From an uncultured virus (IMG/VR IMGVR_UViG_3300020577_004566) (taxonomy: Duplodnaviria > Heunggongvirae > Uroviricota > Caudoviricetes): DNA of 64,000 nucleotides. The stretch lies in IMG/VR virus record IMGVR_UViG_3300020577_004566. One strand, written 5' to 3'. The position numbers were made by a program, and so were the translations under genes. Positions 39,479 to 49,977 of this stretch are shown one piece after another (position 1 is the stretch's first letter; each line of letters opens with the position of its first letter). The notes beneath the pieces are model-generated. The model was not told where the DNA came from and made no database searches. It saw only the letters and a program-made list of their open reading frames with translations.

Positions 39479-40784
39479 AGGATAATAACCCCTGCTCCAG
39501 TTTGGTTCTAACTGATTTGCTTTCGATAAATGGAGCCATGTGACGTGCCACCGCCTCAACTACAGGTACAACGACGGCATTGCCAAACTGCTTGTAGGAC
39601 TGCATATCGGATACTGGTATCTTGAAATCAGATTGTCCGGGTTTGTCAAAGCCCATCAGTCTGGCACATTCACGAGGAGTAAGTCGTCTTGGATTCTTGC
39701 CCTTCTGCTTGATCAATATCTCCGAACCATCCTTGTAGTACCTGGCAGAAAGGGTTCTTGTAACATCACCTGGCCCGTTAAGCCCGAAACCAAACCCGTT
39801 CCCCTTCAATCTGTGCTTCTCTGCGTAATCCCTTAGATACTTCCATAAATGTTCAGTCAATGTATACCGGTCAGACACTTTTGCTTTAGGGCCTATGGTG
39901 TAATGCCCTTCAGCCGTTTCAGAGCCATCCTCAGGGTGCAAGATTGAACCCAGTTTCGGTCCCTTCATGGGGTCAGGCAACACCAGGTCGTCAAAAGTGA
40001 AAGCATTCTGCTTCTTGAAACCCACTATGAATATTCGTTCTCGCCCTTGGGGCACGAACGACTTTGCATTGATGACCTTCCAGTGAACTGTGTAACCAAG
40101 CTCCTCAGACAATGTGCGGTGAATAACATCGAATGTTTTCCCTTTGTCATGATTCACAAGATTCTTGACATTTTCCAGGAGGAAAGCATTGGGTTGGCAA
40201 TGCTCTATTATTCGAGCCACATCAAAGAACAATGTGCCTTGGGCTTCGCATTTGAAACCATGCTCACGACCCAGGGCATTCTTCTTGCTGACACCAGCAA
40301 TTGAAAATGGCTGGCATGGAAATCCGGCAAGCAACAAGTCATGCGGGGGAATGTCACGCTCATCGATAGTCGTTATGTCACTGTGAAATACATGATCGAA
40401 CCCGTCATGGAAGTTGGCACAGTACGTCTGCTGGGCATAAGTGTTCCACTCGCAGGTAAATACACACTTGCCACCCAGGCCATCGAATCCGCGACGAAGA
40501 CCGCCAATGCCTGCAAACAAGTCGATGAATCGGAACTCTTCCCGCTTCGGCTTACCGTTTTGCGAAATCAATTGGCGCAACGCCGCCATAACCGGCGGAC
40601 GAGGTATGACACTACCGTCCTCATATCGACGCAGTGTTCGCGATGAATACCCTAACGATTCAGAAAGAAGATCAAGGGATAGACCGGTCTGCTTTTTAAG
40701 CTTGGAAAATTCGGTCATTTGTGACATCCTTGCCTCCGCTGGGTGTATTTTTGACATTATGTCCGAAACAGACCCATTTGGCAA
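39471..40784 (-). CDS. dcm: C5-cytosine methyltransferase (Dcm-like) with an N-terminal HTH
   Basis: FIDLFAGIGG, GFPCQPFS, ENVKNL, TLSARYYKDGSEILI, YKQFGNAV. Confidence 0.95.
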   Translation of the reverse strand: MPNGSVSDIMSKIHPAEARMSQMTEFSKLKKQTGLSLDLLSESLGYSSRTLRRYEDGSVIPRPPVMAALRQLISQNGKPKREEFRFIDLFAGIGGLRRGFDGLGGKCVFTCEWNTYAQQTYCANFHDGFDHVFHSDITTIDERDIPPHDLLLAGFPCQPFSIAGVSKKNALGREHGFKCEAQGTLFFDVARIIEHCQPNAFLLENVKNLVNHDKGKTFDVIHRTLSEELGYTVHWKVINAKSFVPQGRERIFIVGFKKQNAFTFDDLVLPDPMKGPKLGSILHPEDGSETAEGHYTIGPKAKVSDRYTLTEHLWKYLRDYAEKHRLKGNGFGFGLNGPGDVTRTLSARYYKDGSEILIKQKGKNPRRLTPRECARLMGFDKPGQSDFKIPVSDMQSYKQFGNAVVVPVVEAVARHMAPFIESKSVRTKLEQGLLSFA

Positions 40785-41058
40785 TGGCCTAATTGCAGCA
40801 CCTCTAGGTGAGGTGTCAATTTGATGAAAGGAGCGGCTATGATAACACCAGAGGAGCTTGCCGAACGCATGAAAGCAGAGATACTTTACGATATGTCAAG
40901 AGGTACGGTAGATTTCAATGGTCTTCGTTGTTTTCATGCGGCTCACCTTCGCATAATTAGATGATTCCATGATACAAAATGAATCATGAAACGACAATGG
41001 GCATGGCCAAAAAAGCCACGCCCATTTGCGCAGAGCCTCTATAGAGGCTAATTGAGTT

Positions 41059-41496
41059 TTATTCGAGCGTGCCGACGATATCAGCGTCAAAAACATCACC
41101 TTCAATGATGCTGACGTCGAAAGTCTTTGTGGTTGCGGTCTTGCCCTTTAACGTGAACGCACACCCAACGGTAACGCTGCCAAGACCAACTCCAGACAAT
41201 ACACAGTCGTTGCCTTCGATTGTGATCTTGGCCAGATCAGGACTATCAGGACTGACTGCCCAAATAGGGGCCTGATCAAACTCAAGCGGCTTGGCAATTG
41301 GCTTGCCGTTTTTGTCCAGCGCCCTCAGCTTTAGTCGCAGCGCTCTGTCTCTGGGAAAATCCATCAGCTCAACTCCTATATAGGTAACCGGCTGGGCATA
41401 TTGATGCCTGATGTAGGCTACGATATGTTCGGCCAAAAGAACGCCGCCAACAAAGGCAAGCGCCATCACAAATAAGATGTTAAGGAACAAGCTCAT
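41059..41496 (-). CDS. Membrane-anchored protein with an Ig-like C-terminus
   Basis: N-terminal transmembrane helix, beta-rich remainder. Confidence 0.55.
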   Translation of the reverse strand: MSLFLNILFVMALAFVGGVLLAEHIVAYIRHQYAQPVTYIGVELMDFPRDRALRLKLRALDKNGKPIAKPLEFDQAPIWAVSPDSPDLAKITIEGNDCVLSGVGLGSVTVGCAFTLKGKTATTKTFDVSIIEGDVFDADIVGTLE

Positions 41497-42140
41497 GACA
41501 GCTTGTCTCCTGCGGGAACTTGAGGGGACGGTATTGGCTTGGCGGGAACACTGGTCAAGTCCCGGCTATTACCGTACACCTCACTGACCACCCCCCACCA
41601 GCCGCGTTGGATGGCAGCTTCCTTGATTTTGCCGCCAACAGCAAAAGCTATCTCCCAAACAATCCAGACAATGCCAGCCAGCAAAAACGAGTAACAGAAA
41701 CACTCTTCCGCGCCAGAAGTTAGATACCTCTTGAGGATTAGCGGAGTCATGAAGACAGCCGACAGAAGGGACACAGAGAAGTAGGCACCCATCATAGCCC
41801 TTGTGATAGGCTTGTCTGAATTGGCGCGCATAGCCATACGAAGCATGACGCACACAACGGCACCGCCGAATGATCCGCCCAAAATCAAGAACATCTTGAA
41901 GTTATCGCGGATAATATCGATCTTCTCCGCATCAGCCGATGCGTCCGCAGCCGCAAGCGCGCCGGTCACGACATGCGCATGTTTATGCGGAGCATTTTTG
42001 ATCTCACGTATAGCCCTCGTCTCTATCTCGCTGCCTACACTGGTCATCAAGACCGTAAACAGCCCTAGACAGACGGCAATGAGCTTGCTGTGGTGCATAT
42101 CTTGCTCTTCCTTGGCATGAGTTAGATTGACAGCTATCAT
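41493..42140 (-). CDS. Multi-pass membrane protein (holin-like)
   Basis: Three to four hydrophobic segments; follows the fibre genes. Confidence 0.5.
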   Translation of the reverse strand: MIAVNLTHAKEEQDMHHSKLIAVCLGLFTVLMTSVGSEIETRAIREIKNAPHKHAHVVTGALAAADASADAEKIDIIRDNFKMFLILGGSFGGAVVCVMLRMAMRANSDKPITRAMMGAYFSVSLLSAVFMTPLILKRYLTSGAEECFCYSFLLAGIVWIVWEIAFAVGGKIKEAAIQRGWWGVVSEVYGNSRDLTSVPAKPIPSPQVPAGDKLS

Positions 42141-42181
42141 AGCACACCCTCTTATATCAGCATGAGCGACATAGCATTTTA

Positions 42182-44164
42182 TTAGTCTGGCCCCTGCGGG
42201 TTAGAGACTGGATCGGTGCCGGGGTTCACCGGGAAGCCATTAGACTTCGGCTTAGGCACGTTGTTGACCTGATCAACCGCATTGTCCCAGCTCACAAAAT
42301 ACGTCAAAGCAACGCCGCCTGGATTGTTTGTAGCCCACCAGTAAAAGCTGGCCTCATTATATACCAAGCCATTAAACATATTGGGCACGGAGATGTAGAA
42401 TCTGACGCCCGTGTATCGTGTCGTGAAGATAACAGATTCTACAGTTCCGTTATACTGCGATTCAGGCGATACAAGCGAGACTGATGGAATGGCCACGCCC
42501 GCCACGGCAGCTTCGGCAGGGTGAATCCAGGGATGAAAGTGGTTAAGCTTACGGGCCTTGCAGGTGATTTTGATTCCGCATCCGCCATGAATGCAGAAGT
42601 AGGACGGCTGGCCTTGATCGGTAAAAAGTCCGTCGATATCAAGCCACGTTCCATTGATCGCCGCTGCAATCGCTCGGCCACCGTTGACATTGAGTCCATC
42701 CTTAATCTGCAGGCCAGCGTAATTATTCTGGCTGATCGCAGCGCTATCCACTCCATCACCAAGGCACGTAACATTAACGTTGCTCATGGCGATATTGAGG
42801 CACTGATTGCCTTCTATCACAATTGGATGCGCCGCCAAGATTCCAGGATCGACAATCTGCGAATCGCTCAATCCGTGATAGTCAGGGGCAAGACCGCTCC
42901 ATGATTGGCGAATCCCGGCAGTATACCCGGACTTAGTCAACTGGATGCTCGGATTGATAATACTGAGACTGAAGCAGCCAGAGCCGGTTGCATCCAGGCA
43001 CTCGATACCAACGTCAGCATGCGAGCTGATCAGCTTCATGTTGCGCGGAGAAGTTCCAAGACTGCACTCCAGCCAGACAGGCCAGCCCATTGGATAATCG
43101 GTTTCTCCGGACGGAAGAGTTGAGCTTGTCGTGATCGAGAACGGCAACCCCTGCTCGCCCTGGACGATCCGCCATAAGGAAGAACCGCGCCGATTATTCA
43201 AAGGACTAATGACCGGACTGTATGTAATCTGATCATCGTCGACGACAACGCTATAAATCGAGTCATCCATGCACTTCTGAAGACTGCAAAGCCAACTCTT
43301 TCCAGGCACTCCAGAAGGCTGGATATTAGAAGCCACAAAGCGATAAATGCCAATCTTGTTGTTGCCAATGCCCCATAGAAATGAACTCAGATCATAGGTG
43401 ACCGGCTGGCGATGCCAAGCAGAAGTTCCTGTCTGTCGCATGTAGAGATACATGCCCAGCGCGCCTTGAGGAGGCTGGACGAACCTGCGGAGCAACTGAA
43501 ATGGCCGATGAGCCAACAAGTCGTCGCCAATTGCACTGATGGCAATCGGATCACTCATTTCCGACTCACCAACGTTACCGACCCACGAATACGCAACGTC
43601 ATAGTTGTCGTTAGGACAGTGAAACCGCGTAACGACAGGTGGATTGACAGGCGCTGCCAATATGGTCGACGGAGTTCCCCAGAAAGCCGTATCGTCGAAC
43701 GCATGCCACGCTTGAGCGCCCTGATTCCAGATAGCTCTTGATATATCTTGAGCGCGGAACTGATGGTCAGACCACCCGACCATAGGCAGGTAAGGCTTGA
43801 CAACATTGCGAGGATCGTTGCAGTCAGGGCCAGTACCAAACGGACGCCATTCGAGCTGAATGCCATTTGTAATGGTCGAATCCCACTGCCGACGAACCCA
43901 CAGGATTCGAGCAGCAGCACGACACCAAACATCATCGTTGAACCTGACTGAATAGCCGCTATTTTTTTCGGCCACATTCAGCACGACTACGGGGGACATG
44001 GCTGTGATATGGCCACTCTCGTCCACATACGAGTATGCTATCTCATAGATTCCGGGGGGCTGATCGTGAGCGCCAAGGTTAGCAAGAAACTCCAAAGCAT
44101 TAGGCTTTGGAAGATCAACCCAGCCCGGAGCAAATTGCGGGTCGCTGGTTCGCACGAAGTTCAT
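42182..44164 (-). CDS. Tail fibre/spike candidate with a beta-helix-like C-terminus
   Basis: Internal repeat (YEIAYSYV..SG..TAMSP / YDVAYSWV...GESEMSDP); Asn/Gly/Ile-rich C-terminus. Confidence 0.6.
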   Translation of the reverse strand: MNFVRTSDPQFAPGWVDLPKPNALEFLANLGAHDQPPGIYEIAYSYVDESGHITAMSPVVVLNVAEKNSGYSVRFNDDVWCRAAARILWVRRQWDSTITNGIQLEWRPFGTGPDCNDPRNVVKPYLPMVGWSDHQFRAQDISRAIWNQGAQAWHAFDDTAFWGTPSTILAAPVNPPVVTRFHCPNDNYDVAYSWVGNVGESEMSDPIAISAIGDDLLAHRPFQLLRRFVQPPQGALGMYLYMRQTGTSAWHRQPVTYDLSSFLWGIGNNKIGIYRFVASNIQPSGVPGKSWLCSLQKCMDDSIYSVVVDDDQITYSPVISPLNNRRGSSLWRIVQGEQGLPFSITTSSTLPSGETDYPMGWPVWLECSLGTSPRNMKLISSHADVGIECLDATGSGCFSLSIINPSIQLTKSGYTAGIRQSWSGLAPDYHGLSDSQIVDPGILAAHPIVIEGNQCLNIAMSNVNVTCLGDGVDSAAISQNNYAGLQIKDGLNVNGGRAIAAAINGTWLDIDGLFTDQGQPSYFCIHGGCGIKITCKARKLNHFHPWIHPAEAAVAGVAIPSVSLVSPESQYNGTVESVIFTTRYTGVRFYISVPNMFNGLVYNEASFYWWATNNPGGVALTYFVSWDNAVDQVNNVPKPKSNGFPVNPGTDPVSNPQGPD

Positions 44165-44222
44165 GGCATTTCCCTTGGTTAGGCGCGCATGTTACCAGAA
44201 ATGCCATTTAATATCAACGGAG

Positions 44223-44888
44223 CTACTGGACTATAAGGGAATCGTAATAAGTGGCGTTGGACGGATTGGGAGTCGAAGCGCCGAACCGAAAGCCTACCTT
44301 GGTAGCAGAGTTATGCTGAGTGCTACTGTAGCTGACGGGAGTTCCGTTAAAGGTAACCGATATACTTGACGCACCCACCACGGCTTGGAACGTTCCAGGA
44401 ACCCCATTCACTACCGACACAGTTTGGCTGGCGCGACTTGTAAACCCTCCCGCCGTGCATTCGTACAAAATGAGTAACGTTCCCTGAATCTGGGCAAGCC
44501 AGAAATTGCTTGAATCAACAAATCTAAAAACCATTCCAGGAAATCGATCCGCCCATGAATCAGAAACCAGAGACGCTGTCATAATGTAATTACTTGCACC
44601 AACATCAACATGGCACAGCCTTCCATCGGTGTTGTCGGTCATTCGCGCCGCATTGTTATTTATTTCCCATGTGCCGCTGTCAATCGAAAACGCAGCGCCA
44701 ACCTCCGGCGTGTAGCTGGCCAATGGAGTTCCATTGGCAGCAGTGAAAGTGCCATAATACAAGTATGAAGGGGGAGAGCTGTTTTTCCCTGACATAAACG
44801 GAAAGCCGGTGCCGCGAGTGCCCAGCATGGCACCCTCGCACCGACTGCGCAGCTTACTTTTACGAATCATGGCCAGCCCCTTTACCAT
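44223..44888 (-). CDS. Concanavalin/lectin-like beta-sandwich virion protein
   Basis: FTAANGTPL, GMVFRFVDSSNFW, YYDSLIV. Confidence 0.6.
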   Translation of the reverse strand: MVKGLAMIRKSKLRSRCEGAMLGTRGTGFPFMSGKNSSPPSYLYYGTFTAANGTPLASYTPEVGAAFSIDSGTWEINNNAARMTDNTDGRLCHVDVGASNYIMTASLVSDSWADRFPGMVFRFVDSSNFWLAQIQGTLLILYECTAGGFTSRASQTVSVVNGVPGTFQAVVGASSISVTFNGTPVSYSSTQHNSATKVGFRFGASTPNPSNATYYDSLIVQ

Positions 44889-45709
44889 CGGTACAACAGC
44901 ACGGCAAAGAAAAGAAACAATACGCTGACGGCGGCGCTTGCCTTCCAGTTGTTTTCGGCCTGAAAATCAGGGATTCCGTAAGAGGACAGCTTAAACACTG
45001 ACTCGTCCGGATCAGGCAGCTTGTTATAGAGATAGATCATTTTCGTCTCTCTGCCCTGGCCGCGAGACGTTTTTACCTCCCTGATAAGTCCATCAGGAAA
45101 ATAACTCTTACTGCCATCCTCGGCAAGGGCAATGCCATTGATCAGACTTGTGATCGAATAACTCTCGATTCTCAATTGAGAGTCCAGCAGGATCGCCGCC
45201 TTAATGGCATCACCACCCTTACTACACTCAACCGTCACAAGCGGATGGCCGAATAATCGCCACGACGACGCCTTGACGTTGGAGTAAATATCATTGTCCA
45301 GCATGGCCAGATTGATTCGAGAAGCCGTCCAAGGAAGGGCAAAGAAGGTCTTGCCAGTGTATTGCATACCTCGCTTGAACTCAGGAGGCCCGATCCTCTT
45401 GATGATCCATTCTCCATTCGATCTCTCCAGATCAAACGACTGAGCCTTATTAGTGCATTCAATCTTGTCTCCGTCGCCAACTGTGTATCGACAAAGAACG
45501 CTGCTATCGGTTGAATAGAAAAACTCTTCTCCAGATTCATTCGGACGAAAATTGAACGTTACCGATTTTCGGCACGAGTATGACGCTGGCGTACTCGGAA
45601 CCAATGAGTATCTCTCTGCAATCTTGCCAAGGATAGCAGGATCACCGGGCATTAAAACCAAAAGCAAAGCTAACATGTAAACTCCATAAGAAAAAATGGC
45701 GCGCGGCAC
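44882..45709 (-). CDS. Exported protein with a C-terminal transmembrane anchor
   Basis: N-terminal hydrophobic signal; FKLSSYGIPD followed by a TM helix. Confidence 0.65.
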   Translation of the reverse strand: MPRAIFSYGVYMLALLLVLMPGDPAILGKIAERYSLVPSTPASYSCRKSVTFNFRPNESGEEFFYSTDSSVLCRYTVGDGDKIECTNKAQSFDLERSNGEWIIKRIGPPEFKRGMQYTGKTFFALPWTASRINLAMLDNDIYSNVKASSWRLFGHPLVTVECSKGGDAIKAAILLDSQLRIESYSITSLINGIALAEDGSKSYFPDGLIREVKTSRGQGRETKMIYLYNKLPDPDESVFKLSSYGIPDFQAENNWKASAAVSVLFLFFAVLLYRW

Positions 45710-45739
45710 CTACCGAACGCCATGAATTAACAGCGCAGA

Positions 45740-46105
45740 TTACTTGCCGGTCTTGACAAGTCTATCTGGGTCTCCGCCTCCGCCCGTCTTCTTTTCCAGG
45801 CACGCGCATTCCCAAGTGATGGTCAAATCCTGGGCGACCCTTTTTTTACTTCTGCAAGCAGTCGTCCAGGTACAACTGTCCTCACCTTTATTCTTGCATG
45901 CAACACTAATGTCGCCACCGTTAGCAACGGCGCACATCTGCCCTTCAAGCTCAACAGCGACATAGGCAACACTGGGAGACAGGCATCCACGGTCACAGTC
46001 AACTCGCTCGATCCATGTAGCTGGAGTAGGAGGCTGAGCAGTTGCGGCGCTAACGCCAAACAAAACAGACGCCACCAGCAAGGCAGCAAGAAGCACATTC
46101 TTCAT
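45740..46105 (-). CDS. Small secreted Cys-rich protein
   Basis: Signal peptide ending ATA-Q; 8 Cys in the mature part. Confidence 0.7.
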   Translation of the reverse strand: MKNVLLAALLVASVLFGVSAATAQPPTPATWIERVDCDRGCLSPSVAYVAVELEGQMCAVANGGDISVACKNKGEDSCTWTTACRSKKRVAQDLTITWECACLEKKTGGGGDPDRLVKTGK

Positions 46106-46136
46106 AACGAACCCTCCATAGTCCTCGGCTAAACAA

Positions 46137-46955
46137 TCACTCAGACAGCACCTTGCCGCTAATGCGACCGCTTACCATCGGAACATTCGACGTAGTATAC
46201 AGCGCATAGGATTTTCCAAACACCCCATTGCTGCCTACAAACTTAACCAAGATTTTGATCTTTTCCTTGCTGTTTGCCGCTACCGTTATCGGCAATGACA
46301 ACGTTGAAAAGCACGAGCATGGCGATGACGATCCAAGTATCTTGACCGGCTGAGATGATCTATTGATCACGCTCACCTCATACTCTTTCGTCTCGCCTAT
46401 ATTGTGGCTTCCTGCATCCAGACAGGCAGGCTCAATTGACACGCCCCTGCCAAATGCATAATCGAGAGTCGAAACAGGATTGGGCACAAAACAGAACAAG
46501 ACAAGCAATGGTATCGATAAGGCAAACGATGCGTAAACGCCACTCGTTACCACTTCATAGTTTCGCCAGCGACCTTCCACCGGCCTATTGACAATGAGTA
46601 AAAGTATCGCCAGCAGATTGATTCCCAGCGTCCACCACGGGCTAACTGGCACGAGTCCAAGGCATCCGCACGAAGCCTGACCATTGATAGCCAAGCCGTA
46701 GCTGACAATGGCGAAAAGCATAAACAGGCCAACACAAGCGACTCTGCAGGCACGGGCACGCCACCCGGAGAGTAGCCAGAAAGCCAATACAAGCTCTGCC
46801 TGGGCAGCAATCACAAACAAGGCCGGATAGACTCCAGGAGTCTTGTACGGGTCTACCATAAGCCCATACAGCTTCATAGAGGCAGTAAACATGAGAAACG
46901 CGCTCAAGCACATGGCGAAACGACGCCATAGCCAGTATTTTCTGTCTTCGGACAT
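46137..46955 (-). CDS. MauE/DoxX-like membrane protein fused to a DUF1573-like domain
   Basis: GQASCGCLG after TM helices; INRSSQPVKILG...CSC. Confidence 0.8.
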   Translation of the reverse strand: MSEDRKYWLWRRFAMCLSAFLMFTASMKLYGLMVDPYKTPGVYPALFVIAAQAELVLAFWLLSGWRARACRVACVGLFMLFAIVSYGLAINGQASCGCLGLVPVSPWWTLGINLLAILLLIVNRPVEGRWRNYEVVTSGVYASFALSIPLLVLFCFVPNPVSTLDYAFGRGVSIEPACLDAGSHNIGETKEYEVSVINRSSQPVKILGSSSPCSCFSTLSLPITVAANSKEKIKILVKFVGSNGVFGKSYALYTTSNVPMVSGRISGKVLSE

Positions 46956-46972
46956 TAGAGCCTCTGCGGATG

Positions 46973-47692
46973 CTAATTGATTTCCGTATGAAGGCCGATC
47001 AATTCTTGCGTCGATGACGCTGCTTTTGTGACCAGCCGGATAGCTAATAGCGTAGCAAAAGACAGGTCAGCGACCACAAGGCCAGACTTATTCAGGGCAC
47101 CGTATCCCATCGGGAAGAATCGGTAGAATCCAGCCGTACTATTGTTGAAATCGTTGTCAGTTTCCGCGTATGTGTCAGCCCATTCTATTGTGCTTGAAGA
47201 AAACGTTTGCGAGTTGACAAACGGGTCAGTCGTCTGAGACGCCAAAGCAAGTGATCCAAGCGTCATCGTGAAATTGGCAGTTCCAATGCGCTTCCAGCCC
47301 GTGTAAGTGTTAGCCGACTGCGAAGAACCGACAGCCTTCACGTACGGCATGGAGTACATGCCAACTTCCCAAACTTGCGTCTGTCCATCGGCACCAGCGA
47401 CAGAACAGAACTCAAGCCCCAGCATTTTTTCGTCTGCACCTGGACGATAGCCATAGATGCCATTGCCAAGTAGGACTGGCGCATCATTCGGCTTGAGTGT
47501 CGCCAATGGCGTGTACGTGGCCTCATCAAGGATCATTGGCAGCGCAGTAGCGCCATTGGCTGTCGGCCACGCGAGAAGCTTTGGCGAATCGCACGCGCGA
47601 AGACGGTGAACCATATCGCGACGGGGATAATTATCAATCGGCATAAGATCAACCTCGTAGTTGTTGGCTGATCTTATCAGGAACGCCATCAA
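46973..47692 (-). CDS. Hypothetical, possibly virion, protein
   Basis: 239-aa ORF, Thr/Ala-rich. Confidence 0.55.
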   Translation of the reverse strand: MMAFLIRSANNYEVDLMPIDNYPRRDMVHRLRACDSPKLLAWPTANGATALPMILDEATYTPLATLKPNDAPVLLGNGIYGYRPGADEKMLGLEFCSVAGADGQTQVWEVGMYSMPYVKAVGSSQSANTYTGWKRIGTANFTMTLGSLALASQTTDPFVNSQTFSSSTIEWADTYAETDNDFNNSTAGFYRFFPMGYGALNKSGLVVADLSFATLLAIRLVTKAASSTQELIGLHTEIN

Positions 47693-48567
47693 CTTGCAAA
47701 GGCTCTTTTTCGATACAGATTGACCGCCACAGCCAAGATTCCCTCGAATAGGTAAATATCCTGCTCCATAACAAAGACCAGCCTGCGAGGGTCATAAGCT
47801 TCATCAAGAACTGATCCAACACTTCTTTTTGCTATGGCATGGGCTAATCGATCCTTACGACTGCGTAGCTGGTCAATAGCTTCGCTACCGGCAATGATGC
47901 AATCCCTAAGAACCTTGACGAGGTCATCGTGTTTACGCCGGAAGAATAGCCGCCGAAAATACCCGAACGCTTTCAGTTCATCGGTAGCGCATGACAGGCT
48001 AATCATTGTTGTTGCCGTCGTCTTGTTCATTCTTCTTTCTCCTGAATACCTCCGTAGAGGCTAATTCACTGGAATAGATTCGCCACGGCGCATAGACGAG
48101 AATCTCTATCGATTCTCCAGGCATGAGCAGGTAAACATGGAAGCCGCGCGACGATCCAAAGAGATGCCGCGCGGCTTCAGTCTTGTTAGAACGTGATTTC
48201 TTTGTTGAACGTGATAACGACATGGGCCTCAACCTTGATAGACGTAGTCTTTAAGGTTACCTCGACTAGTGCATCTTCGCGACGCGAAGCCTCTAACATC
48301 TCCTGCATGGCTGTCTTATCCTTCTTGAGGATTCGCTTTCTTCTGGAATACGGCAAGACATCATAGCCGCTTTCGCTTCATCGGCATTCTTAACAAGCGC
48401 CGAAAGGTCACTTGACGATCCAGCCGACCCAACGCCAATCCAGTTATACCCAACTAACTGGCCTTTATCATCAAGAGTCCAGCCAATAACCTTTCTTCCC
48501 CATTTGTCGCACGGTTCATATGTGTTCAGCCACTCCATTGCATTCTCCTTGTTCGATAAAGTTAAAA

Positions 48568-49287
48568 TCAGGGTAAGACCGGGATATTCTCGTGTTCGTC
48601 GAACTCGCCGACGCCAGCGAGAAATGTATTAGGATCGACCTCGCGAAGCTTGGCGCGAATCATGCCAACTCTTTCCAGGCTATCGGCACCGTCAAAAGCT
48701 TTGGTGTCAATACCTTTGAACAGCCGGACGATGACGGCAGACAGCGACTCAGGCGAGATGTGATAGCCACGGTTGAGATACTTAGTCACCCGCAGCATAC
48801 TTCCGCCCGCATCCTCGTCACGCTGCGGCTCAAGATAGTAGAGGCGCTTCGCTGCCAAATCGCTGTAGAATCGATCACTACAAAACGAATCCCAGCACTG
48901 ACGATTAGCTGACCACTGGATAGCAGCAGCACATACACTGAAATCGAATGACCGCGCTGTATCTCTGGCGGAATCGTAGAGCCATCGGTTGATGAACTGC
49001 ACTGACGTGAAAGCGCCACCATATACCGTGATGGCATTGTCAGAGTTTACCAGCTTGATATCGGTATTGCCGTTATTCTTACGCCGCTGCGTCAACTGCT
49101 CAGCAGCTTCGCGAAGCTTCCCCCTGGAAGGGCCAAAGATATCGATATCTTTAACCTCCTCATGGGCAATCATCGAACGAATGTAGCCACCGGCCACTAC
49201 CAGTTGATGTTGAATGATTATTTCGCGCAAGTCCTTTGGCAAGCGCGTGAGGCAGTAACGGATATCGGTTTCAGCTAAGTAACCCAT
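48568..49287 (-). CDS. Nucleotidyltransferase (poly(A) polymerase / CCA-adding head-like)
   Basis: VAGGYIRS....KDIDIF, FDFSVC, RVTKYLNRGY. Confidence 0.8.
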   Translation of the reverse strand: MGYLAETDIRYCLTRLPKDLREIIIQHQLVVAGGYIRSMIAHEEVKDIDIFGPSRGKLREAAEQLTQRRKNNGNTDIKLVNSDNAITVYGGAFTSVQFINRWLYDSARDTARSFDFSVCAAAIQWSANRQCWDSFCSDRFYSDLAAKRLYYLEPQRDEDAGGSMLRVTKYLNRGYHISPESLSAVIVRLFKGIDTKAFDGADSLERVGMIRAKLREVDPNTFLAGVGEFDEHENIPVLP

Positions 49288-49314
49288 GACGGCTCCTTGG
49301 AACGAAGTAGATAG

Positions 49315-49773
49315 CTAGAACGGGATTTCGTCGGCATCGCCCGGTGCGTCATCAGGATCAGGGGAATCGTAGTTACTGTTATTGCCAGCACTACTGTTGT
49401 TTCGTGCCGCCTGCGATCCATCAACCGACACGCCCTGGAGACGGTCTGCGATGATGACCACTTTAGTTCGCTTCTGGCCATCCTTGTCAACCCACTCCTC
49501 ATAACCAAGCTTTCCCTCAACCAGCACGTTCATGCCCTTGGCAAGGCTCATGAGGTAGTCTATTTTGGTGTCTGCACGGTAGAACTTCTTCACCGTGATC
49601 CAGCCACCCTTGTATTGCCACTTTCCGGTTGCCTTATCCTTAATGCTTCCTTCGGTGAATCCAAATTGAAACTGGATCACTCCGCCGCCAGTGCTAAATG
49701 ACCTGGATTCCGGGTCTGTCCCCATTCGTCCGGCCATCACCAGCTTGTTCACGTTCAGTTGAGGCACTGACAT
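49315..49773 (-). CDS. ssb: Single-stranded DNA-binding protein
   Basis: NKLVMAGRMGTDPE, KGMNVLVEGKL, C-terminal DEIPF. Confidence 0.95.
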   Translation of the reverse strand: MSVPQLNVNKLVMAGRMGTDPESRSFSTGGGVIQFQFGFTEGSIKDKATGKWQYKGGWITVKKFYRADTKIDYLMSLAKGMNVLVEGKLGYEEWVDKDGQKRTKVVIIADRLQGVSVDGSQAARNNSSAGNNSNYDSPDPDDAPGDADEIPF

Positions 49774-49977
49774 TACTCCTTGATTAGCCCGATTGGTTAC
49801 GGGATTGATGGTGGATTCTCAATAGTTTCGAGCATCCTTACCGCGAACCGGTAAGCACTCTTGGTTACGTTGTCCACAAGGATTTCATGGGGCTGGAGAT
49901 TGCTTTTCACCATAGCGCCCAAGATAAACCCTTGCATAGCTTGCCCGGCCAGATTAACAATAATCTCACGTCGTTGG

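Noticed and set aside
42182..44888. Diversity-generating retroelement acting on the fibre genes
   Set aside because: No reverse transcriptase and no TR/VR pair with adenine-specific differences was seen.
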